DNA of 64,000 nt, from positions 67,001 to 131,000 of the forward strand of contig DASQML010000030.1 in NCBI GenBank assembly GCA_035645515.1. The letters run 5' to 3'. The position numbers and the translations under genes were made by a program. Every line of letters starts with the position of its first letter. Position 1 is the first letter of the stretch. Positions 34,576 through 44,337 of this stretch are shown piece after piece. The notes below the pieces were generated by a model that made no database searches, had not been told where the DNA came from, and worked only from the letters and a program-made list of their open reading frames with translations. This DNA comes from Microvirga sp. GTDB lineage: Bacteria > Pseudomonadota > Alphaproteobacteria > Rhizobiales > Beijerinckiaceae.

Positions 34576-34596
34576 AAGGGCTTCCAGCCCTTTTCC
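34576..34596 (+). terminator. small hairpin plus T-run after ydcF
   Basis: AAGGGC-ttcca-GCCCTT followed by TTCC. It is preceded by an exact tandem duplication of TTTTCAAGGG at 34561-34580. Confidence 0.35.
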
Positions 34597-34715
34597 GGGC
34601 GTTTCTTGAAACGTCTCATCACCGTTCCAAGGGTGATCGATGACATTTCATCATTTGTGCTGATGGGCCGATGGGCGTAATCCGGAGCGTCCTGAGACCT
34701 CTTCGGAACCCTGTC

Positions 34716-35645
34716 ATGACCCAGGCCGCCGCCATGATGTCCGCGCCGGACGCCAAGCGCCTAGATGCAACCACCCTCGGGCTTTACGCCGCCACCGTGT
34801 TCCTGTGGGGCGTGAGCTGGATCGGAATCCGCGCGCAGCTCGGCGTAGTGGCGCCGGAGATGTCGGTGCTGTGGCGCTTCCTGCTCGCGGCCGTGCTCAT
34901 GTGGGGCTGGGTGCTCGCCACCGGCCATCAGGTGCGCTTCGCGCTCGCCGATCACCTGCGCTTCGCGGCGGTGGGCTGCTGCCTGTTCTCGTTCAACTTC
35001 ATCTCGTTCTATTACGGCGGTTTGAGCGTGCCCTCGGGCCTGCTCTCGGTGGTGTTCTCCCTCGCCTCCGTGTTCAATCTGGTTTTGGGTTTCGTCATCT
35101 TCCGCCAGAAGGTGGAGCCGCGCGTGGCATTGGGCGGCGTGATCGGGGTTGCCGGAATCGGGCTTCTGTTCTGGCCGGAGATCACGGGCGCGGGCTTCAA
35201 CGCCGCGGCGCTGAAAGGTCTCGCGCTGTGCGTGATGGGCACGCTGTTCTTCTGCTCGGGCAACATGATCTCGACATTGGTGCAGCGCCGCGGCGCGCCG
35301 CTCCTCTCCGCCACCGCCTGGGGCATGACCTATGGCTGCGGGGTGCTGCTGGCGCTGAACGTGCTGCGCGGCAACGCCTTCATCATCGAGCCGACGGTGA
35401 AGTATGTGGGCTCCCTCGTCTATCTTTCCGTCGGCGCGTCGGTCTTGGCCTTCATGTCGTATCTGACGCTGCTGCGCCGCCTGGGCGCGGCGCGCGCGGG
35501 CTACACCACGGTGCTGTTTCCCATCGTGGCGCTCACGGTCTCGACGCTGATCGAGGGCTATGCGTGGACGCTGCTCGCCATGATCGGCGTGGTGTTCGCC
35601 CTCGTCGGGAACGTGCTGGTGCTGAGCAGGCCCGCCGCGAAATAG
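34716..35645 (+). CDS. EamA/DMT-family transporter
   Basis: Ten-TM profile with two EamA halves. The start is ambiguous, with candidate ATGs at 34671, 34716 and 34734. Confidence 0.8.
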   Translation: MTQAAAMMSAPDAKRLDATTLGLYAATVFLWGVSWIGIRAQLGVVAPEMSVLWRFLLAAVLMWGWVLATGHQVRFALADHLRFAAVGCCLFSFNFISFYYGGLSVPSGLLSVVFSLASVFNLVLGFVIFRQKVEPRVALGGVIGVAGIGLLFWPEITGAGFNAAALKGLALCVMGTLFFCSGNMISTLVQRRGAPLLSATAWGMTYGCGVLLALNVLRGNAFIIEPTVKYVGSLVYLSVGASVLAFMSYLTLLRRLGAARAGYTTVLFPIVALTVSTLIEGYAWTLLAMIGVVFALVGNVLVLSRPAAK

Positions 35646-35648
35646 GGC

Positions 35649-36539
35649 CTATTCCGCCGCCACCTGGAACACGGGGCGCGTGGAGCCGAGATTGTCGAGC
35701 GACTGCTTGATGTGAAAGCCCAGGGCATCCGCGAGCGGGTTCTCCTCGCCGCGCGTGCGGATCAGGCCGATCTTGCACGAGGGCAGGGCGGGAAAGCCGT
35801 CCGTGGGGCCGAGCACCCGCATGCCGGGGCGCACGGCGCTTTCGGGCAGCACGGACACCGCAAGACCCGCGAGAACCGCCGCGCCCACGGCGGTGGAATG
35901 CCAGCTCACATAAGCGACGCGGAACGGACGGTCGGCACTCTCCAGCGCTTCCGTCGCGGAGTGGCGCCAGTCGCAGCTCGGGCGGCCGAGCGCCAGCGGG
36001 ATCGGGCTTTCCTCATGCACGCCGTGGCGGGCTGAGGTCACCCACAGGAGCTGCTCGATGCGCACGATCTCCGACGGGCCGCGCCGGTCCACATGGGTGA
36101 TGATGGCAAGGTCCAGATCGCCGTGCTGCACGCGCTCGATCAGGTTGGGGGTGGGCTCGCACATCACCGTCACCTCCGCTTTCGGGTTGGAGCGCGAGAA
36201 GCGCGCCAGGATCTCCGGCAGGTAGCGGTCGGCGTAATCGTCGGGCAGGCCGAGCCGCACCCGGCCGGTCAGTTCGTGCTCGTTGAAGGAGGCCATGCAT
36301 TCGGCGTTGAGCCGCACGATCCGGCGGGCATAGTCGAGGAGCCGCTCGCCTTCGTCGGTGAGCTTGGAGAGGCGCCCGTCACGCTCGAAGATCGCCTTGC
36401 CGACCCGGTCCTCCAGCCGCTTCATCTGCATGGACACCGCGCTCTGGGTCTTGTGCACGATCTCCGCCGCGCGGGTGAACGACCCCGTATCCGCAATCGC
36501 CACGAAGGTCCTGAGCTGGTCGATGTCAAGCAGATGCAT
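35649..36539 (-). CDS. LysR-family transcriptional regulator
   Basis: MHLLDIDQLRTFVAIADTGSFTRAAEIVHKTQSAVSMQMKRLE is a canonical LysR HTH. Confidence 0.9.
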   Translation of the reverse strand: MHLLDIDQLRTFVAIADTGSFTRAAEIVHKTQSAVSMQMKRLEDRVGKAIFERDGRLSKLTDEGERLLDYARRIVRLNAECMASFNEHELTGRVRLGLPDDYADRYLPEILARFSRSNPKAEVTVMCEPTPNLIERVQHGDLDLAIITHVDRRGPSEIVRIEQLLWVTSARHGVHEESPIPLALGRPSCDWRHSATEALESADRPFRVAYVSWHSTAVGAAVLAGLAVSVLPESAVRPGMRVLGPTDGFPALPSCKIGLIRTRGEENPLADALGFHIKQSLDNLGSTRPVFQVAAE

Positions 36540-36588
36540 GGCTGTGTCCTCCTCATCAATTTCAATGATGATACATATCTCAAACAAT

Positions 36589-36607
36589 CGTTTCAAGTGA
36601 TGAAACG
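36589..36607. promoter_or_regulatory. inverted repeat CGTTTCA-N5-TGAAACG, candidate LysR-type box
   Basis: Perfect 7-bp arms, 50-68 bp upstream of the LysR start, inside a visibly AT-rich 240-bp divergent region. Confidence 0.35.
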
Positions 36608-36782
36608 TTCCGTGGTATAAATTCTCCAAGATAAATTTTTATCAGCAAAATCAAGTACTTAAAGTAGAAGACATGTGACACTTCTTTGGAAGTTTCATGG
36701 AATGTCTTTGACAATTCTTTGAATGTTCACGGCTGTTCGTGACGGACCGTGAATGCCGCTTGAGAGCGAAAGGAGATCTGCC

Positions 36783-37094
36783 ATGACCCGGTCCGCAGCA
36801 CCCGCCACGACCCTCCCTGGATCGAACATCCTGAAGCAATTCGTGCGCTCGCTCATCTCCCTCGCCACGGCTTTCAAGGACCGCCGAGAGGTCATGAACC
36901 TCGCCGAGTTCGACGAGCGCATGCTCAAGGACATCGGCCTCACGCGCAGCGACGTGGTGAGCGCACTGGCGGAGCCGATTCATCATCAGCCGTCTTGGGT
37001 GTTGGTTCGATGTGTCGAGTGCAAAGCACAGGCTCCCCGACCGGCCGCCTCACGGAAGACAAGACCAGTGGTTCAGCTTGTGAGCCGGGCTTAG
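36783..37094 (+). CDS. DUF1127 domain protein (103 aa, with C-terminal extension)
   Basis: LAEFDERMLKDIGLTRSDV is the DUF1127 signature. The ATG follows AGGAGA. Confidence 0.7.
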   Translation: MTRSAAPATTLPGSNILKQFVRSLISLATAFKDRREVMNLAEFDERMLKDIGLTRSDVVSALAEPIHHQPSWVLVRCVECKAQAPRPAASRKTRPVVQLVSRA

Positions 37095-37831
37095 GGCTTC
37101 TTCGAGCCAGACCCCCAGGCATCATCAAGGATCGTTTGGAGGGACGCAAGATATTGCATCTGCATCTCGCGTCCCTTCTCCACCATCTCACCCCATGAGG
37201 ACGAGACCGACGGTTCCTGCGGCTTCTCGGGCTCTGGCTCGGGCTTCTGCAGGAAACCCGCCATCATGTCCTGGAAAGGGTTGGCCGCGGGTTTCTTCTG
37301 AGCCTCCACGGGCTTCATCCATCCTGCCCACAATTCAGCCCATGGGTTGGCCACATCCGGCTTCGGCTTTTCGGCAGCAGCGGATGAGGTGAAGGACTGA
37401 GCGGCCTGGGATTGCGCTGCCATCCACTGCGACAATCCGCCGGCGAGAATGCCTGCATAGAGAGGCAGGATCTGCTGCATGGTCTCGACGCCGATGCCGG
37501 CGAAATCCGCCGCCTGATGCGCCACCCGACGGCTGGCTTCATCGGAGCCGAAGAGCTGGTCGAGCAATCGTCTGCCTTCCTGTTGGGCCTGCAGAGAGAA
37601 AGACTGACCCGCCATCGACCACAAGTTCTGGTACCCGCCGCTCATCAGGGATTGAAGGAACCGGTTGGGATCGCCGGACGTCATGGCGTGCTGCAGGCCC
37701 ATGACGAAAGCCGGCATGAAAGCGGCCAAAGCCCTTTGCTGCTGATCGCCCGAGAGGTGGAAATGCCGCGCCAGGGCCTCGAAACCTGCTTGGGTCTGCG
37801 CCTGTCGCATCAGATCGAACCAGTTGAACAT
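37091..37831 (-). CDS. conserved hypothetical protein, DUF937-like
   Basis: MFNWFDLMRQAQTQAGFEALARHFHLSGDQQQRALAAFMPAFVMGL... followed by a Pro/Glu/Lys-rich linker. A GAGGAG RBS is present. The family assignment is tentative. Confidence 0.6.
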   Translation of the reverse strand: MFNWFDLMRQAQTQAGFEALARHFHLSGDQQQRALAAFMPAFVMGLQHAMTSGDPNRFLQSLMSGGYQNLWSMAGQSFSLQAQQEGRRLLDQLFGSDEASRRVAHQAADFAGIGVETMQQILPLYAGILAGGLSQWMAAQSQAAQSFTSSAAAEKPKPDVANPWAELWAGWMKPVEAQKKPAANPFQDMMAGFLQKPEPEPEKPQEPSVSSSWGEMVEKGREMQMQYLASLQTILDDAWGSGSKKP

Positions 37832-37866
37832 GGCAGGCTCCTCGAATGATCTGACCCACATGCCGC

Positions 37867-39231
37867 TTACGGTGTGGGAACAGCTTGCCTCTCCAAACGC
37901 CGGATTGTCCAGAAGGCTGTGATGATGGCAGCAATTCCGAACACAATGGACCCAGCTCCGATGCCCACGATAGCACCTTTCGCACCACCGATCTGCGCGC
38001 CGTAGTAAGCGAAGGGAATCATGCCGAGCGTGGCTCTTCCCCAGTTGAAGAACGTGGAAAGCAGGGGATAGCCGAGGTTGTTGAAGGATGCGTTCGCCAC
38101 GAAGACCAGGCTGATGAAGAACCAGATGAAGCCGCTGAGCTGGCAGAAGAACTGCACCAGCTCGGCTGTGAGAGGCGGCGCATTGAATGCAATCACGATG
38201 GGCTGCTGCAGAAGAACGAGCAGCAGCCAGACGCTCAGCACATACACGATCATGAAAGTCAGCGAATCCTTCAGCGTCTGCCTCATGCGATCATACCGCC
38301 TGGCGCCCCAGTTCTGACCCAGGACAGGGCCGATGGCTCCTGCCAGTGCAAAAACACCGGCAAAGGAGACGGGCGTCACCCGGTCGACGATGGCGGATGC
38401 GGCAATCGCCTGATCGCCGAACCGCGCCATGATGCCGGTGAAGAAGGCGTTTGCTGCAGGAGCCGCGAGATTGGTGAGAACCGCAGGGACGGCGATTGCG
38501 AAGAAGGGTTTCGCATCGCGCATCACCGATTGCACATCGGGGCGCCCGAGGAGCCTGTGAGCGCGCGTGACATAACGATAGCCGACATAGCAATAAGCCA
38601 CGCGCGCGATATTGATCGTCCAGGCGGCGCCGTCGGCCTGCAGATCCAGAACGAAGATCGTGACAGGATCGAGCAGCACCGTGACGATGGCAACGGACAG
38701 CGAAGCATACATGCTGCGCTTGGCGTCTCCCGCAGCGCGCAGGATGGTCGAGAACGCCATGCCGAGAGACATCAGCACATTCGTCGGCAGGGCAATCCAG
38801 AGGAAGGTGCGAGCCGTATCGAGAGCCTGCCCGCTGGCGCCCATCGCCGTCAAGATCTGAGGCAGGAAGATGAGCGCGATCACGCTGACCGCGATTCCGA
38901 TCAGGCCCATGAGCACGCTGCTCGAGGCGGCAAGCCGCCGAGCGTCATCCGGCTGGCGCGCGCCGAGAGCACGGGAGACCAATGCGCCGATGGGGATCAT
39001 CAGCCCGACATTGATGGAAACCGTAAAGAACATCACGACTGTCGCGAGGCCGACGCCCGCCGTCATGCTCGGATTGTCGAGCCATGAAATATAGAGCAGG
39101 GAGATGAGATCGACGATGAAGATGGCGATCAGGCCCGCAGCCCCCGTTCCCGTCATCACGAGAACGTGGCGCATGGTCGACCCCTGCACGAAGACCGGCG
39201 TCTGGGCGCGCTCCGAGGAAAGCGAGTCCAT
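37867..39231 (-). CDS. MATE-family efflux transporter
   Basis: Twelve-TM profile of about 450 aa with typical MATE loops. The start codon abuts the kefB stop. Confidence 0.85.
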   Translation of the reverse strand: MDSLSSERAQTPVFVQGSTMRHVLVMTGTGAAGLIAIFIVDLISLLYISWLDNPSMTAGVGLATVVMFFTVSINVGLMIPIGALVSRALGARQPDDARRLAASSSVLMGLIGIAVSVIALIFLPQILTAMGASGQALDTARTFLWIALPTNVLMSLGMAFSTILRAAGDAKRSMYASLSVAIVTVLLDPVTIFVLDLQADGAAWTINIARVAYCYVGYRYVTRAHRLLGRPDVQSVMRDAKPFFAIAVPAVLTNLAAPAANAFFTGIMARFGDQAIAASAIVDRVTPVSFAGVFALAGAIGPVLGQNWGARRYDRMRQTLKDSLTFMIVYVLSVWLLLVLLQQPIVIAFNAPPLTAELVQFFCQLSGFIWFFISLVFVANASFNNLGYPLLSTFFNWGRATLGMIPFAYYGAQIGGAKGAIVGIGAGSIVFGIAAIITAFWTIRRLERQAVPTP

Positions 39232-41082
39232 CTAAAGAACCCCCTCGCCGAGAATGTCGCGCGTCTCGGAGCTGAGCGCCTTGGCCTTTCCTGTCGGAGA
39301 GGTGAGAGGTTCGGGGGTGATCTTCGCGCCCATCACGAGCTCCGCGCCGCCCATCGCGCCGATCTCCTTCTGCAGGAACAGTCGGGCAATGTCGCGCTTG
39401 CGGACGTCCTGAGCCGCACTGGAGGCGAGCTCAGCGTCGATCCCGAGCTCCTCGAGCGCAGAGCGGCCGAAAACGATGGCCGATTCGAACGTCTCGCGAA
39501 GCTGATAATCGACGCCGACCTTCAAAAGCCTTACTGCATGAATGCGGTCATAGGCACGCACGAAACTCCTCGCATTCGGGAAGTTCTCCTGAATGATCTC
39601 CGCGATCTTCTCGACCGTATCAGGGTCGTCCGTGCACACGCAGATCATCTCCGCCTTTTCCGCTCCGGCCGCGCGGAGCACGTCCAGGCGTGTTCCGTCG
39701 CCGTAATAGATCTTGAGACCAAAACGGGCCGCGTCGCGCACGCGTTCCACATTCTTGTCGATCACGGTGGCATTGATGTTCTGCGACAGCAGCACCTGAT
39801 TCACGATCTGACCGAAGCGCCCGAAGCCGATCACGAGGACACGGCTTGCTGTTTCGCCTTCCTGGCCGAGAAGACCCTCCAGGCCCGGATCATCCATCTG
39901 TTCCGGACGGGACTGCAGAGCCTTCTCCACGAGGCTCGAGAAGATGGGGCCGAGCAGCATGGTGATGGCGGCGAGGGCAGTCACGGGCTGCGCCTCGCCT
40001 GGCGACATCAAACCTGCTCCAGTGGCAACAGGCAGGAGTACGAAGGCAAATTCGCCAGCGGTGCAGAGCAATGTGCCGGATCGCAATCCCTCGCGCCATG
40101 TGGCGCCGAACAGACGTGAAAGCAGGGCGATCAGGATGGTCTTGCCGAGGATCACCACGGGAGCGGCGAGGGCGAGCAGGATCCATTGCTCGCGCACGAG
40201 GGCGAGATCGATGGACATGCCCACGCTCATGAAGAACAGGCCGAGCAGCATGCCGCGGAATGGCTCGATATCGGCCTCCAACTGGTGCCGAAAATTTGAT
40301 TCCGCAAGCAGCAGGCCGGCGAGGAAGGCTCCCATGGCCATGGAGAGCCCGACCTCCTGCATGAGCAGGGCCGCCCCGAGCACCACCAGCAGGGCGGAAG
40401 CTGTCATCACCTCGCGGGAGCCGGTGCGCGCCAGGATGCGGAAGAATGGATTCAGCCCGTAGCGGCCGACAAGCACGACAGCGCCGATGGCTGCGATGGT
40501 CTCTCCCGCTGCGATCAGCTGATCGAGGGGAGAGGCCGCCTCCACCGCCATGCCGGAGGCGAGCAGGGGCAGGATCGCCAGCACGGGCACGACGGAGAGA
40601 TCCTGGAACAGCAGGATCGCAAAGGAGCGCTGTCCGTAAGGGGTCTGCAGGTCGTTGCGCTCTCCCAGCATCTGCAGCGCAATGGCCGTGGCCGACAGGG
40701 CGATGGCGATGCCCGTCACGAAGGCTGCTTTCGGTCCGAAACCCATCATCGATGCGGCTGTGCCGAGGCAGAGCGCCGTCATCGCCAGCTGGGCAAAGCC
40801 CAGACCGAAGATGTCCCGCTTCATCGACCAGAGATGGGACAGCTTGAGTTCTAGCCCGATGATGAAGAGCAGCAGCACCACGCCGAGTTCGGCCACCGTG
40901 GCGATGGTCTGCGGATCGCCGACGAGGCTCAGGCCGGAGGGGCCGATGACCACGCCGGCCGCCAGATAGCCGAGGACGGCGGAGAGGCCGATGAACCGGA
41001 AGACCGGCACCGCGATCACAGCCGCGCCGCAGAAGGTCAGGACGGGAGGAAGAAAACTGACGTGGGAGGCTGTGCTGGCCAT
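39232..41082 (-). CDS. kefB: glutathione-regulated K+ efflux / CPA2 cation:proton antiporter with C-terminal RCK (TrkA-N) domain
   Basis: N-terminal Na_H_exchanger TM domain, then VLVIGFGRFGQIV (Rossmann) and a KTN/RCK region. Confidence 0.85.
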   Translation of the reverse strand: MASTASHVSFLPPVLTFCGAAVIAVPVFRFIGLSAVLGYLAAGVVIGPSGLSLVGDPQTIATVAELGVVLLLFIIGLELKLSHLWSMKRDIFGLGFAQLAMTALCLGTAASMMGFGPKAAFVTGIAIALSATAIALQMLGERNDLQTPYGQRSFAILLFQDLSVVPVLAILPLLASGMAVEAASPLDQLIAAGETIAAIGAVVLVGRYGLNPFFRILARTGSREVMTASALLVVLGAALLMQEVGLSMAMGAFLAGLLLAESNFRHQLEADIEPFRGMLLGLFFMSVGMSIDLALVREQWILLALAAPVVILGKTILIALLSRLFGATWREGLRSGTLLCTAGEFAFVLLPVATGAGLMSPGEAQPVTALAAITMLLGPIFSSLVEKALQSRPEQMDDPGLEGLLGQEGETASRVLVIGFGRFGQIVNQVLLSQNINATVIDKNVERVRDAARFGLKIYYGDGTRLDVLRAAGAEKAEMICVCTDDPDTVEKIAEIIQENFPNARSFVRAYDRIHAVRLLKVGVDYQLRETFESAIVFGRSALEELGIDAELASSAAQDVRKRDIARLFLQKEIGAMGGAELVMGAKITPEPLTSPTGKAKALSSETRDILGEGVL

Positions 41083-41205
41083 CGGGCAAATCAGATCCGG
41101 GTGAGGGGGCCTCCTCTTTCTAGGGAGTCTTTTCCCTTAGGGCGAGTGTTTCTTGGCGGAACTCGCAAGCCTGCTCTCGCTCTTATCCTGAGAAAATCGC
41201 TGTGG

Positions 41206-41237
41206 CTGTCCCCTCCACGCAAGGGGGGAGGGGACAG
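41206..41237. repeat. GC-rich 11-bp-stem hairpin (REP-like)
   Basis: CTGTCCCCTCC (41206-41216) pairs with GGAGGGGACAG (41227-41237) across a 10-nt loop. Confidence 0.45.
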
Positions 41238-41371
41238 GTGCGGCACCCTTATCGCCTGACTTTCCAGGGCGGGCCTGCTTTTTGGGAGGTGTTCCTCAGC
41301 CGGGCTCAAACCGCGAATAACCGCCGCTCCCGCTTGACAGGAGGGGCCTCCTCTCGCCACATCGCGGGATC

Positions 41372-42331
41372 ATGACGAAGCCAGCCCTCGACATCCTGCT
41401 CTGCGCTCCCCGCGGCTTCTGCGCCGGGGTCGTTCGCGCCATCGACGCCGTCGAGAAGGCGCTGGCGATTTATGGGGCGCCGGTCTACGTGCGCCACGAG
41501 ATCGTGCACAACAAATACGTGGTGGAAAACCTGAAGCGGAAGGGGGCGGTTTTCGTGCGGGAGCTCGACGAGATCCCGGACACGAAGGCTCCGGTCATCT
41601 TCTCCGCCCATGGGGTTCCCAAATCAGTCCCCGAGGCTGCCGAGGCCCGCAATTTCTTTGCCATTGATGCCACCTGCCCGCTGGTGACCAAGGTTCATCG
41701 CGAGGCGCAGGTGCACCACAAGCGGGGTCGGCACATCATCCTGATCGGCCATACGGGTCATCCGGAGGTGATCGGCACCATGGGGCAATTGCCGGAAGGG
41801 GCGGCGACCCTGGTCGAGACTGTCGACGACATTGCCCGGCTCCAGCCCGCTGACCCTGAGAACCTGGCCTTCGTCACGCAGACGACGCTTTCCGTCGACG
41901 ATACCCAGGACATGGTCGATGCCCTGAAGGAGCGCTTCCCCTCCATCGTCGGTCCGCACAAGGAAGACATCTGCTACGCCACCACGAACCGACAGGGCGC
42001 GGTCAAGCGCGTGGCTCCGCAAGTCGACGCCATGATCGTGGTGGGCTCCCCCAATTCTTCGAACTCCCAGCGCCTGCGCGAAGTGGCCGAGCGGGAAGGG
42101 TGCCCTGTGGTCCGCTTGATCCTGCGCGCCGAGGACATCGACTGGTCGCTGTTCGGGAACATCCGCAGCCTCGGCATTACAGCCGGGGCTTCCGCCCCGG
42201 AAATCCTGGTGGAAGAGATCATCGACGCCTTTGCCGAGCGCTACGAGGTGTCGGTGGAGAGCGTATCGACGGCGGACGAGAGCGTGTTCTTTCCTTTGCC
42301 GCGCGAGTTGCGTGAGCAGGCGGCGGAGTAA
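41372..42331 (+). CDS. ispH: 4-hydroxy-3-methylbut-2-enyl diphosphate reductase
   Basis: [38 protein letters not shown] and SSNSQRL are IspH/LytB signatures. Confidence 0.95.
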   Translation: MTKPALDILLCAPRGFCAGVVRAIDAVEKALAIYGAPVYVRHEIVHNKYVVENLKRKGAVFVRELDEIPDTKAPVIFSAHGVPKSVPEAAEARNFFAIDATCPLVTKVHREAQVHHKRGRHIILIGHTGHPEVIGTMGQLPEGAATLVETVDDIARLQPADPENLAFVTQTTLSVDDTQDMVDALKERFPSIVGPHKEDICYATTNRQGAVKRVAPQVDAMIVVGSPNSSNSQRLREVAEREGCPVVRLILRAEDIDWSLFGNIRSLGITAGASAPEILVEEIIDAFAERYEVSVESVSTADESVFFPLPRELREQAAE

Positions 42332-42334
42332 GCG

Positions 42335-43300
42335 GTGGCAGTCTATACGGAAGTCAGCGACGAGGAGCTGACGGGCTTTCTCGACACCTACGACATCGGC
42401 ACCGTGCTGTCCTACAAGGGCATCGCCGAGGGCGTGGAGAACACCAATTATTTCCTTCACACCACCAAGGGCTCCTACATTCTCACCCTCTACGAGAAGC
42501 GGGTGAGGGAGGCCGACCTGCCCTTCTTCCTTGGGCTCATGCAGCACCTGGCGACCAAGGGCCTGACCTGTCCGCTGCCGGTCAATAATTGCCAGGGGCA
42601 GGCTCTCGGCCGGGTGGCCGGGCGTCCCGCCGTCATCATCACCTTCCTCGACGGCATTGCCGTCCGCCGTCCGACGGCGAAGCACTGCGAAGCCCTGGGA
42701 GGAGCGCTTGCGAAGCTCCATCTGGCGGGACAGGACTTTCCGATGAACCGGCCCAATGCCCTCTCGCTCGACGCCTGGGCGCCGCTTTTCGCCCAGGCCG
42801 AGGCGCAGGCCGATACGGTCTCCGACGGCTTGGGCGAGCGCACGCGGCGGGAGCTTAGCTTTCTGAAGGATTCCTGGCCGAAGGATCTGCCCTCCGGCAT
42901 CATCCATGCGGACCTCTTCACGGACAACGTGTTCTTCATCGGCGCCGAGGTGTCGGGGCTCATCGACTTCTACTTCGCCTGTACGGATGCCTTCGCCTAC
43001 GACGTCGCGATCTGCCTGAATGCTTGGTGCTTCGAGCAGGACGGGTCGTTCAATCTCACAAAGGGACAGGCGCTGCTGGCGGGCTACCAAGCGGTTCGCC
43101 GCCTGACCGGTCCCGAGATCGAGGCTTTGCCGGTTCTCTGCCGCGGTTCGGCGATGCGCTTCATGCTCACCCGGCTCGTGGACTGGCTCAACGTGCCGCC
43201 GGGTGCGCTCGTGAAGCCGAAGGATCCGCTGGAATACGACCGCAAGCTCCACTTCCACCGGCACGTGAAGCACGCTCGCGAATATGGGCTCGAGGCATGA
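42335..43300 (+). CDS. thrB: homoserine kinase (ThrB, APH-fold type)
   Basis: (M)[42 protein letters not shown] and [13 protein letters not shown]. The start is a GTG 3 nt after the ispH stop. Confidence 0.9.
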   Translation: MAVYTEVSDEELTGFLDTYDIGTVLSYKGIAEGVENTNYFLHTTKGSYILTLYEKRVREADLPFFLGLMQHLATKGLTCPLPVNNCQGQALGRVAGRPAVIITFLDGIAVRRPTAKHCEALGGALAKLHLAGQDFPMNRPNALSLDAWAPLFAQAEAQADTVSDGLGERTRRELSFLKDSWPKDLPSGIIHADLFTDNVFFIGAEVSGLIDFYFACTDAFAYDVAICLNAWCFEQDGSFNLTKGQALLAGYQAVRRLTGPEIEALPVLCRGSAMRFMLTRLVDWLNVPPGALVKPKDPLEYDRKLHFHRHVKHAREYGLEA

Positions 43301-43752
43301 GCAATCCTGAGCGCGTGATGATCTACACGGACGGTGCCTGCTCGGGAAATCCCGGGCCGGGCGGCTGGGCCGCGATCCTGTTCTTCAAGGGCAGCGAAAA
43401 GGAGATTTCCGGCGGCGAGGCCCACACCACCAACAACCGCATGGAAATCAGGGCGGCGATCGAGGGGCTCAACGCCCTCAAGCGCCCTTGCGCCGTCGAT
43501 CTCTTCACGGATTCCCAATATGTGCGCCAGGGCATCACGCAATGGATGCACAACTGGAAACGGCGCGGCTGGCGCACCGCGGACAACAAACCCGTGAAGA
43601 ACGAGGACCTCTGGCGCCAGCTCGACGAGGCGGCTTCCCGCCATGACGTGGCCTGGCACTGGGTGAAGGGCCACGCGGACGATCCCGCCAACATCCGCGT
43701 CGACGAGCTCGCGGTGGCCGCCATGCAGCCTTTCAAGAAGAGGCGAGCCTAA
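43297..43752 (+). CDS. rnhA: ribonuclease HI
   Basis: [20 protein letters not shown]...TTNNRMEI...TDSQYV...W.KGHA. The ATG overlaps the thrB TGA as ATGA. Confidence 0.95.
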   Translation: MSNPERVMIYTDGACSGNPGPGGWAAILFFKGSEKEISGGEAHTTNNRMEIRAAIEGLNALKRPCAVDLFTDSQYVRQGITQWMHNWKRRGWRTADNKPVKNEDLWRQLDEAASRHDVAWHWVKGHADDPANIRVDELAVAAMQPFKKRRA

Positions 43753-43812
43753 AACGAAGGCCCTGCCTGCATCCAAGCGGGCGAGGGCCTGCGTTCCAAG
43801 ACTTTGAAGGGA

Positions 43813-44295
43813 TCAGAGATCCTTCAGGATGTTATCGGCGCCGGAGACCTGAGCCTTGGACGGCGTGTCCTCGATGTTGATGGCCTTTACGACGCCGTCG
43901 TCCACAACCATCGAATAGCGCTGGGAGCGGATGCCGAGGCCGAAGCCCGTGCCGTCCATGGTCAGCTTGATCGCCTTGGCGAAATCGCCGTTGCCATCGG
44001 ACAGGAACTCGATGCCCTCGGCGCCCGTGGACTTGGCCCAGGCATCCATGACGAAGACGTCATTGACGGCGGTCACGAGAATGGCGTCCACGCCCTTCGC
44101 CTTGATCTCCTCGGCCCGCTGCACATAGCCCGGCAGATGGTTGCGGTGGCAGGTGGGGGTAAACGCGCCGGGAACCGCCACGAGAACCACCTTGCGCCCC
44201 TTGAAGAGATCGTCCGTCGTTTTCGCGATCGGCCCGTCCGGGGTCATGACGCGGAAGGTGACCTGGGGAAGGCGTTCTCCAACCTGAATGGCCAT
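43813..44295 (-). CDS. Prx5-type peroxiredoxin
   Basis: VVLVAVPGAFTPTCHRNHLPGY contains the peroxidatic Cys motif. Confidence 0.9.
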   Translation of the reverse strand: MAIQVGERLPQVTFRVMTPDGPIAKTTDDLFKGRKVVLVAVPGAFTPTCHRNHLPGYVQRAEEIKAKGVDAILVTAVNDVFVMDAWAKSTGAEGIEFLSDGNGDFAKAIKLTMDGTGFGLGIRSQRYSMVVDDGVVKAINIEDTPSKAQVSGADNILKDL

Positions 44296-44337
44296 GTACA
44301 GAACTCCAAAGCTGAGCGTTTGAGGATTTCTTCTTCC

